Source: Octopus bimaculoides
Taxonomy: Eukaryota
Direction of reading: 5' to 3'
DNA: 64,000 nt
NCBI RefSeq assembly: GCF_001194135.2
Contig: NC_068983.1
Coordinates: 102,114,282-102,178,281, forward strand
A model generated the notes under the pieces. That model worked only from the letters and a program-made list of their open reading frames with translations. It ran no database searches and was not told where the DNA came from. Made by a program: the position numbers and the translations under genes. The stretch's first letter is position 1. Each line of letters opens with the position of its first letter. Shown here in pieces: positions 49,877 through 60,499 of this stretch.

Positions 49877-49886
49877 ATTAAATAAA
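49877..49886 (+). terminator. Probable COG5 polyadenylation signal (overlapping ATTAAA/AATAAA)
   Basis: About 110 nt after the stop, followed by GT/T-rich sequence (tttgtgtaacattttctgttgtttt). Confidence 0.6.
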
Positions 49887-50929
49887 ATTTTGTGTAACAT
49901 TTTCTGTTGTTTTAATTTCTTTAGTTATAATTGCGGTAAGCCTTGCCACATGCTGTGACTTTATGAAGTACTTCTTGGTCTGTTATAGCTTCATGTTCAT
50001 TCATTTCTAGGTGAACAAGTATTCTAAGTGATCACTAACATCATCATCATTTAACACCCGTTTTCCATGCTAGCATGGGTTGGATGGTTTGACAGGAGAT
50101 GGCCAGTCAGAGAGCTGTCCAGGCTCCACTTATCTGTTTTGGCATGTTTTCTTTGGTTGGATGCCCTTTGTAATGCCAACAAATTTAGTGTGTTGGGTGC
50201 CTTTTACATGCCACTGGCATAGGATCATTTAATGTCTGTTTTCCACGCTGTCATGGGTTGGACGGTGCTGCATGCTTTGCGGCTCCACGAACCTCAATAT
50301 CTCTCTCGTCAATTTTGATTCTCATCTTCATTCCTTTGTTTTACAAATTTTTCATGTTAGTATGAGTTAGACAATTGTGCTATTGCGGCTGGATACCATT
50401 CCTGATGCTAACCTTTACCTGTTTTTCAAGAAAGAGATCTCTTTTTCGACATAGCTGCAAAGCAATAAAGTAAGCAGGCAATTTATTGACAAGAGAAATG
50501 TCAACAGAGCACCATGCAAACATTGACACACATACATAAATGGCTTTGTTTGATCTTGAGTTGTAGTAAAAGATACATGCCCAAGGTGCCACATAGTGGA
50601 ACTGAAGCTGAACTGAAACCTCGTGACTAAGAAGCAAACTTCTTAATCACACAGACAAACCTGTGGCTATTTTAAATACATCTATTTCTCTAACATTTCT
50701 AGGAAAGATTAATTATTGTTATGAATTTAGTATTTCAAATAGTAAAAACATGCTCTGAAGGAATCTTGTATCCTTTACTTGTTTCACTTATTAGACTGTA
50801 GCCATACTGGGGCACTACCTTGAATAAATTGACTCTCATACTTTTTTTTAAAGCCTGGTGCTTATTCTATTGATCTTTTTAGTTATGGGGATGTAAACAC
50901 AAATTTCAAAGACACACACGTATAAACTG

Positions 50930-51240
50930 GCACTCCGTTGGTTATGACAATGGATCCAATCAATGGAACAGCCTGCTTGTGAAATTAATATGCATGTGGC
51001 TGAGTACTCGACAGACTCGTGTACCCTGAATGTAGTTCTCAGGAAGATTCAGCGTGACACAGTATGTGACAAAGCTGGTCCTTTGAAATACAGGTACTAC
51101 TTATTTTTGCCAGGTGAGTGGACTGGAGAAATGTGAAATAAAGTGACTTACTCAAGGACACAATGCATCGCCTGGAATAGAACGCACAACCTAACGATTA
51201 TGAGCCGAATACCCTAACCACTAAGCCACATACCTTCGCT
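50930..51240 (-). mobile_element. tRNA-derived SINE, third family (partial second copy about 47270-47400, +)
   Basis: Minus strand gtggcttagtggttagggtattcggctcataatcgttaggttgtgcgttctattcc...gtgtccttgagtaagtcacttt. The middle segment recurs at 47275-47390. Confidence 0.7.
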
Positions 51241-51704
51241 ACATGCATATATATTTGTATGTATGTATGTATATATATATATATGAAAGATAGTCATTGG
51301 AATACATTTATATTCATGAATAATATGAAATATTTGTTATCAAAATTAGCAGGTCACAAGCATATTAAAATATGACATTTCAAATTACTCCTTGTTTGAA
51401 ACAAAGCCTAAAATATTGATTTCAAATTTTGGCACAATTACATCGACTCCAGTGCTCAACTGGTACTTGTTTTATCGACCCTGAAGTGATGAAATGCAAA
51501 GTCGACCTCAGCAAAATCTGAACTCAGAATGTGAAGACATACAGAATGTTGTTAAGCATTTTGCCCAGCATACTAATGCTTCTGCCAGCTCACTGCCCTG
51601 ACAAAGCTGAAGATATTGCCTGTAAAATTTTTAAGTAAATCACAAAACTGTAATAATCATTAAAAATATCAACAGAAATATAAACTACAGAGACAGGGTA
51701 GATT

Positions 51705-51736
<32 letters not shown>

Positions 51737-52879
51737 GCTTCTTTCAGTTTCCGTCTACCAAATCCACTCACAAGGCTTTGGTCAGCCCAGAGCTATAGCA
51801 GAAGACACTTGTCCGAAGTGCTACACAGTGGGACTGAACCTGAAACCATACTTCTTATGGAAAGCATACTTCTTATCGTAAGTCTTTTCTTCTGCAGTGA
51901 TTAAATCCTTTACTTTATATGATATTTGCTTCCTGGATCTATAAAGATTCTTTGTGTGGTTACAGAACTTAAATTTAACAGCATGTATCAGCTTGTAAGT
52001 TCCACTTCCTGTAATTTTCTTCCCAGCATTTTGTGCCATTTCAAGATTCAAGAAAATTTATAAAATATATATTAGTTGTATAGATTTTTGAAAATGTTTT
52101 CTCTTAATAATAAAACATGGTTATATTTTGAAAGAAAAGTTTATTGCAATAAATATAATTGATATCAATAAGGAAATATATACCAAGGAATAAATTAATC
52201 CTTTAGCATTCAGATTATTGTCAAATGTAATGCTTATTTATTCATATTGTTTTTGAATTAATCATGCAGTATCTCACAGCTTCAAGATTTTGATGATGGA
52301 TTGTTTCTTTTAAGAATGACATTGTGGGGGTAGGTGTGAGAGGTCAGATCTGTCTGATTTGAAAATAAAACAAGTAGAATATTTGGGCTAAATGTGGCTG
52401 GTTTAAATGCTAAAAAGTTAAAGCTTTATTAAACACATCACTGAAAACTAGTTCTATATTACTTTGTGTATTGAAAGGCAGGTTGAATAGTCTTGTAACT
52501 GATGCAAAAGCATGTTTGTTTTGTATTTTTTTAAAAGCTTGGTGAGGAGAATGGATTGTTTATAATTTTCACAGCCTCTTGAAAACAATGAAATCAATGC
52601 AGTTTATGTTCAACTGTGCTGTAAGTTGACATCTAGAAAAATGTGGGTAGGGAGAGGAAGGATGGTTATTTTTAAGTAACATTCATGAAATTTGGTAAAA
52701 GCAAAGCAAATTGAGCTTGAATAAATGAAGATGAGATTCAAAATGCAATTTTTCATCTTCCTTTTGATACACAATGGCTGTGAGCTGATGGCCTACATGG
52801 TCATACATTCATACTTCTATCTATTACAAGACAAATATCTAATTCTTTTTTGTATTATACAAGAGAGTAGATGAGTTAG

Positions 52880-53240
52880 AGTTCCTGTAAGTAGCATAGA
52901 TTGAATTCTGGTGTGGTATTCTCAGTATAAATAGTATGTTGTCTCTATATCCCCCCCACTCCCTAAACTTGGGAACCAGGATTCTGTTTGGGGTAGTAGA
53001 TATATTCCAACTGTACCCGTTAACTTTGCTGAATCACTTAACCCAATTGTTATGTCAAAATATTCTTCCCTATCTGAACAGGGTCACAGTTTGTCTCCGT
53101 ATTCTATTATGGTGCCCTGAGCCGCTTATATAACTATTTCCTCTCTAGTCAAGTCTGAGTTACTTTTAGCGAATAAGGGTGCCTTGTTCAAAACTACTGG
53201 ATTTATTAAGGGGTAATAGTTCAATATATCCAGTTTTATA
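52880..53240 (-). mobile_element. Possible Penelope-like RT remnant
   Basis: Minus strand LFAKSNSDLTREEIVI*AAQGTIIEY...EYFDITIGLSDSAKLTGTVGIYLL...GI*RQH resembles PLE FD(V/I)TMG..D.A....VG(L/I)YLL...G(L)YRDD, heavily decayed. Confidence 0.5.
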
Positions 53241-53337
53241 AATTTAGCCTGCTTTTTATTCTCTAAGTTATTAAACCATGTAATTACCTCTGTAGTTAGA
53301 CCATAATCTGAGTTTACTCATACATTTTAATTTTGGT

Positions 53338-53700
53338 ATTATTATCTCCGGCCTTAGCGAAGGCAGAGGTATTGTTTTCAGTTGTATTTGTTTGTCTGTG
53401 GACAAGATATCTCAAAAACTACGGGATGAATTTGGATGAAACTTTCAGGGATGTTTGGCCTTGTGACTGGCATGAACTGATTAGATTTTGGTTCTCCAAA
53501 CATGGCATATCAACATGGACTTGCAGTTCATCGTAGACCCTTATTCTTGTATTATGTATATTACCAGCTACATGAAAAGCGAAAGGGCTATGAGTGAGCT
53601 GCTGAAAAAGGTGGTAGAAGGAAACAGAGGAGAGGACTTGAAATCAAAACTGAGAAAAGTCAGGTCATCATTCTTGAACAACAGGGAGGTCAGCATCTAG
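53338..53700 (+). mobile_element. Helentron/Helitron2-like fragment: HINE-like 5' segment joined to Rep coding sequence
   Basis: WHINMDLQFIVDPYSCIMYITSYMKSERAMSELL...KLRKVRSSFLNNREVS matches the Helentron Rep segment W.ANMD(I/L)Q...Y...YI..Y..K.E..MS..L...REVSAQE. It is preceded by ttatctccggcc..ggcagaggtattgttttc..tttgtttgtctgt..gatatctcaaaa..tttggatgaaacttt. Confidence 0.7.
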
Positions 53701-54061
53701 GATCTTCTCTTTCTATCTTATATACGCTAGTTAAATACAATCCAATCTATTTATCATTCACTCTATGCTGAATTGTGGTACAGCATGGGCAGATTACTGA
53801 AATCCAACGAACATTTATGCAGATATAACAGTTTAAAGGATAAGCCTATTATAATGGATAATACTAAGTGGACTTTTCCTTTTTCTCTTTCTTTTTTCTT
53901 TGTGATGTAATCTTGGGACTGAAAATGTTTGCGGCTGAAGATAACTTTAAACCATCCTTTATATCAACAATATATACTGATGTAATGACAGTTTGTGTAT
54001 AAAGCTTGAAACATGTGTACCGCGATATCCTTTGTGTTCTGTTTTCAATTTACGTTTATAT

Positions 54062-54825
54062 ATATATAAGCATCAGTTGTGGTGTGCAAGAGAGACGATT
54101 GCGCTGGTATGGACATGTGGTGNNNNNNNNNNNNNNNNNNNNNNNNNNNNNNNNNNNNNNNNNNNNNNNNNNNNNNNNNNNNNNNNNNNNNNNNNNNNNN
54201 NNNNNNNNNNNNNNNNNNNNNNNNNNNNNNNNNNNNNNNNNNNNNNNNNNNNNNNNNNNNNNNNNNNNNNNNNNNNNNNNNNNNNNNNNNNNNNNNNNNN
54301 NNNNNNNNNNNNNNNNNNNNNNNNNNNNNNNNNNNNNNNNNNNNNNNNNNNNNNNNNNNNNNNNNNNNNNNNNNNNNNNNNNNNNNNNNNNNNNNNNNNN
54401 NNNNNNNNNNNNNNNNNNNNNNNNNNNNNNNNNNNNNNNNNNNNNNNNGCCAGTGCCCCTGGACTGGCTCTTGTGCGGGTGGCACATGAGATGCACCATT
54501 TTGAGCGTGGCCGTTGCCAGTACCGCCTGACTGGCTCCCGTAGGATTTTCGAGTGAGATCGTTGCCAGTGCCCCTGGACTGGCTTGTGCAGGTGGCACAT
54601 AAAAGACACCATTTCGAGCGTGGCCGTTTTCGTGCGGGTGACACGTAAAAGCACCCACTACACTCTCTGAGTGGTTGGCGTTAGGAAGGGCATCCAGCTG
54701 TAGAAACTCTGCCAAATTAGATTGGAGCCTGGTGTTGCCATCCAGTTTCACCAGTCCTCAGTCAAATCGTCCAACCCATGCTAGCATGGAAAGCGGACGT
54801 TAAACGATGATGATGATGATGATGA
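54062..54825 (+). mobile_element. Young RTE-clade LINE 3' end spanning an N gap
   Basis: SISCGVQERRLRWYGHVV before the gap. After it comes a 3' UTR with internal tandem units and a (GAT)n tail, near-identical in reverse complement to 25068-25316. Linkage across the gap is assumed. Confidence 0.8.
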
Positions 54826-55300
54826 TATATCATCCTATTCATTTAATGTCCGTTTTCCATGCTGGCATGAGTTGAACAGTTTGTTAGGAGCTGGCTAGGC
54901 AGAAGATTGCACTTGGCTTCGACACCTATATACATATATATATGTAAACATAAAGACATGGACACAATTAAAAAATGGGTATATAGTGTGTACTCAAAAT
55001 TCCACTTCTGCTTTAGAAGAATCTGCTCAAGTTATCATGTAGTGGAACTGAATTTAGAATCATGTTGTGAAGCAAACTTACTTTTTAACCATACAGCCAT
55101 GCCTATATATATATTGTGAATTCAGTTCTGGAGGGCATCCCAAAATGTTGTCTGCTTTTCTCTTGTATATTAAATAGATTATGTTTAAACTCTTTTTTCA
55201 TGAAAAGATGATGTTTTTCAAAAGTTCAATGTAAAGATAGATATATGTAATATCTTCCAAACTTTCAGGAGAAAGACAATTGGATGTCAAGAATAACTTA

Positions 55301-55423
55301 CTATGAAACTGTTCTAAGAAGATTGCTAAGAGTTATTCCAAAGAACATCACAGCTCCAAGTTTTGCATTTGACAAGAATTTCTTAGCACAGTCTGCTGGG
55401 TTATTCAAATCTACAGAATAAAT
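55301..55423 (-). CDS. COQ2: COQ2 terminal exon ([40 protein letters not shown])
   Basis: Minus strand ttccag| acceptor, TAG stop; resembles the COQ2 C-terminus IYxxD...DC..KF.SN..LG. Confidence 0.93.
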   Translation of the reverse strand: MYSVDLNNPADCAKKFLSNAKLGAVMFFGITLSNLLRTVS

Positions 55424-58400
55424 CTGGAAGGAAAAATGACAATAATTATCCAGTAGATAATGAATATAAAATTAATTGACTAAATTGATTTAAACAAAAA
55501 ATGAAGCAAAAACAAACAAAAATCAAAAAATCTACATCAAAAGTGGAATAAAAAGTAATTATGAAAACAAACTGAATCATTTTTGTTAAGTAATAAAAGG
55601 TTTTCTGAAATTTGACATATCATGTCTTAAGGCACTATTGTAATCTATGATCAATGCCATTGATTATAACCAATCACTACCATCATTACAATAAATATAC
55701 TCTACAATCAGAACACAGAAAAATATTTCTCTACACATTGATCAATTACAACTACAGCTATTGATAAATTGGATCATAATCAATCCAGTATGAAAGGATC
55801 ATAAAATATGTCAATGTGTCATGAAGCAGTTTAGTCCTGGATAAGAATCTATACTTAGTCTTGCACTCATATATATATTGAGGTAATAAATCTTCATGGT
55901 TTTGGTGTATCTAAGACATGTTGCATGGAGGCACATGGCCTAGTGGTTAGAGCAGTGAACTTGTGGTTGAGGGATCATGGGTTTGAATCTCAGACTAGGC
56001 AATGTGTGTGTTTATGAGCGAAACACCTAAGTTCCATGTGGCTCCAGCAGAAGGTAATGGCAAATTTCTGCTGACTCTTTCGCCACAACTTTCTCTCACT
56101 CTTTCCTCCTGCATTTAACTGCTCATCTGAGATGGACCAGCATCCCATCCAAGTGGGGAACCTATATGCCTATGAAACTGGCCTTTATGAGCCAGGCATG
56201 GCTTGAGAAAGATCAAACAACAACAAACAAGACATGTTGCAGAAAGAGAGTTGTGGAAGGAGGGAAAGTGAATGATTGCATCAGTATAACAACAGACATC
56301 CATCCAAAATCAATGGCCCCAGAAGGCTGTAAGATTATATTGCAAGAGATGCAACCCTTCACTCTCCCAGTCATTACTCAATTGATCTGATTTTGTATTT
56401 GAGCTTGACTGTCATTATGTAGTGTTTCAATAAGTAGATATCTTAGTGGCATTTATTTCCTCCCAAGGAAATGTCAGCTATTGACAATCCTAGAGAGTGA
56501 TTACACTTCTTCACCCAGTGGGGGAATGGCAATAGCTACTTTCATTACCAAAATAATTTGTGTACTAGGTTACATAGAATTTACAGCAGGTAGAACCTGA
56601 CAGCCACTGATTCACACTCTATCACTGGCACTGCATTGAGTTAGTAGCAAAGATACATAAAATCTCAAGTGATCAACTTATTGTAAAACCACTAAATGTT
56701 TCATAAGGTGCTTTAAAACAAAAGGGATAAAGCATACCAAATGAACTTACCCCAGATATACTATATAAAGATTAAATGTTCAGTGGTGCCCTTGAATTCC
56801 AGTTGAATATAGAGGACTAATATCATTAGCATATTTCTGAATGGGTGGCTAATCATAAAGACTGTCTTGCCCATAGTAAACTTTCTAGTGGAAAGGGGAA
56901 CATAGTTTTTTATTGAGAGAGGAGACATTGTTTTACTAGGTCAACATTCTTGATCATATTTCAATCTAACTACTACTTATTTATTTACATTCACACATGC
57001 AATAATATGTCTCCAATGAAATAAAGAATTAACCTGAGTTTTACTATGTGCATTATCATATGAAGTAACATTTTTCTTACTTGGTTTGCCACATGCAGCA
57101 TAGTAAAGGCAAGTGCTGTATAATAAGGCCATATCTGATCACACATATAACCTGATAAAGCCAGGTTACCAAACATAAACACACTTGAGCCTGCTAACCA
57201 TAGCTTAGTTTGGTCACCAAATTTTAATGCTGTTGATTTCACTCCAATCCTCATATCATCTGATTTGTCCTGATTAAGTAAAGAAACAAAGCATAAAACA
57301 TTTTCTATTGGATTTATCAAATTCTTCTTTGTAACTGATTTCTAACACAGGCAAAAAAATTCATCTTTAGTTCAACTTTACGATGAAAGTAAACAAACAA
57401 AGTTTGTTCTTTTTTAGAAGCGTTGAGATGTATTGTAAGATACAGAAATAAATTTATTTCTCAAATGCGTGATAATGCTATAAATAGCGTGATCAGGATA
57501 AATTATCCATTTATTGCAGAGAAATACGCTACTGGCCAGCCATGAGACTCGAACTCACATCTCTGTGATTACGTGTCAAGTGTTTTACCATTAAACTAAA
57601 CTGCCCAGCAATGAATTCTTCTGCAATTTTAGAACTTATAAATTTAATGGTAAAACACTTGACACGTAATCACAGAGATGTGAGTTTGAGTCTCATGGCT
57701 GGCCAGAAGCGTATTTTTCTGCAATAAATGGATAATTTATCCTGATCACGCTATTTATAGCATTATCACGCGTTTGAGAAATAAATTTGTTTCTGTTCAT
57801 AAGTTAGTGTAAGAATATACAGATACGGTCAATTAAGATGAACCCCATTTCTTGACAGTTAATTATTTTATCGTATCTAGAAGGTTGAAAGGCAATATAT
57901 ATATATATATACATACACAAGAAAGTATTGGTGATAAGAGCTTTCCAGCTGTACAAAAAACTGCTTCAAAAAGGGTCTTATGGCAACCTATGCCACCCTG
58001 TATCCATGTGCTGATATGGAGTGTCAACTAAAGGGTTGAGTTAATGAAATTATTGCCTGGGAAAGTTATTCCTGTTAATTTTACACCTAAACATGTATCA
58101 AATTACAAATTGATAACACAAAATTGCATTGAGTACTTTTATGATTTTGTGCCACAAAAAAACTATATTTATATATATGCGGAAGTGTGGCTGTGAAGTA
58201 AGAAGTTTGCTTCCCAAGCATGTGTCCAAGTTCAGTCTCACTGTGTAATATCTAGGAATAGTGTCTTCTACTATAGTCTCAGGCTGATCAAAGCCTTGTG
58301 AGTGGATTTGGTGGACAGTAACTGAAGGAAGCTCATCATATACATGTATGTGTGTGTGTGTGTGTGCTTGTGCCTGTATGCTATTGTCTCTGGCCTTGAT

Positions 58401-60446
58401 ATCACTTGATAGTTGTAAATGGGCATTACTATCATGCAAGAAATGACTTTTGTTTCCAATATTCTGTGTAAACATGTCTGGTTATGGGGAAATATTACCT
58501 TATTTGGAAACTGGTGAGGGCTGGCATCTGGCCATAGAAAATCCCCCTCAACAAAGTCTGTGTGACCCATGCAAACATGGAAAATTCGATACTGTGAAGG
58601 TGTGATTGTTTAATTAAAGTGTTCACTTTACAAGCAATTAGTTCTGGGTTCAATCCTACTGAATGGCACTTTTGGCAAGAGTAGTCTTGGGTTGACCAAT
58701 ACCTTGTGAGTGAAGTTTCATAACTGGAAACCTATCAAATAAGTGTATAATGCATTTGTGCATCATACACGTTAACTGGTGTTGTGGTCTGTAACTTAGT
58801 AGTTTGACAAATAGATATGATAAAACTGTGACCTGACTTTTCGTCTGATGTCACTTTGTCCAACTTCCTTTTGTCCGATGAGTTTATTTAAAATTGGACA
58901 AAATAATCATCAGACAAAAAGATGTGGACGAAGAGACGTTGAAAGGAGTGATGCTGGATGAAGAGACATAGCACCAAAAAAACAAGCGTCAGATTGGAAT
59001 AAATATTGGGGCTGATGTGATCAACTAATTTCTTGAAGGCAATGTACTTTGCATTGCTACAGACCAATGAACTGAAATCAAATTGTGTCTGTGTGGTAAG
59101 AAGTTTGCTTCTCAACCAAGATTCCAAGTTCAATCCCACTACATGGCACTGTGGGCAAATGTCTTCTACTACAGTACTGGGCTGACCAATGCTTTTTTTA
59201 ATAGATGTGTGTATCTTTGTGTTTGTCCCCCACCACTGCTTGACAACTGGTGTTGGTTTGTTTATGACCCTCAACTTAGCAGTTTGGTAAGTATCAAGCT
59301 TAAGGGAAAAAAAAAAGTACTGGAGTTGATTAGTTTGATTAAACCTTTCAAGGCAGTACCCCAGCATGGCCACAGTCAAGTGACTGAAACAAGATAAAAA
59401 GATATATAAGCATATATATAAGTATCCTGAGAATGACATTGCTGGCATTTATCCAGTGATTTAAAAAAATTACAGACATGTACTTGCACATCAAGTGACT
59501 TCATCTGAGATCGTGTGCTGAAACAAAAACAATTGCAGCATGGGAGATGTTTGTAAGCCATTCAAGATCACACAAAAACAATCAGTTTCACTTCAACATT
59601 TAAATTTCATTTGTGTCAAAATATTTTTGTTGCTTTGAAACTGCAACCTGTTCACTGGCAAAAGTTCACGAAAATGATGCAGCACGAAGTTTTGTCAGTG
59701 ATCAGGTTGCAGTTTTAAAGCGACGGTTGGGGGAGGGGTAAAAATTTAGATTACAATTTCCAGACGGTCAACCCTTTAATAATTGCTTTCTTTAAGTACT
59801 TTTAGTAATTGTTACATACCTAATTAACAAGCAGCTTTCTTCATTATAGTATATGTGTGTGTGTGTTATATTGATTCTTGTTCTCTGTCACTTCAACACC
59901 ATCTCTCTCTCCTGCACTCTTGCTATCCTCCAATCTCTCTTTCTCTAACTCCTCCCTCTGGCTGGGTAACCATGTATCTCCTCTACAGCAGCACACCTGT
60001 GTCTTCCCTCATTTTTGATCACTCACTCTCTGGCTGGGTAACCATATACCGCCTCAACAGCATGACACCTGTTTCTGTCTCTGTTACACTCTAACCTTTC
60101 ATCATCTGGCACAAGATTACCTCCTCCAAAGCCTCCTTACCTCTTAAAGGATCTTAATCTTGCAAGTTACTTGGTGACCCTGCCAGTGCTGGTGCCACAT
60201 AAAAAGCATCCAGTCCACACTGTAAAGTGGTTGGCACTTGGAAAGACATCCAGCTGTAAAAATCATGCCAAAACTGACCTTGCCTGTGCTGGTGCCACAT
60301 AAAAAGAACTCCGTCTACTCTGAGGGATGGTTGGTGTTAGGAAGGGCATCTAGCTGTAAAAACCATGCCAAAACAGAAACAGAAGTCTGATGCAGTCTTC
60401 TGTCCAACCCATGCCAACATAGAAAGCAGATGTTAAATGATGATGA

Positions 60447-60499
<53 letters not shown>

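Noticed and set aside
49767-55300. Functional link between COG5 and COQ2 from their convergent arrangement
   Set aside because: Golgi tethering and ubiquinone synthesis are unrelated pathways, the stops are 5.5 kb apart, and adjacency alone is not evidence in an animal genome.
57533-57606. Functional tRNA-Thr(CGT) gene
   Set aside because: A33 instead of U33, a bulge in the anticodon stem and a G-G pair in the acceptor stem; reported as tRNA-like only.
58840-58930. Short ttgtccaa/ttggacaa inverted motifs
   Set aside because: Probably a subterminal remnant of a DNA transposon, but too short and degenerate to delimit or classify.
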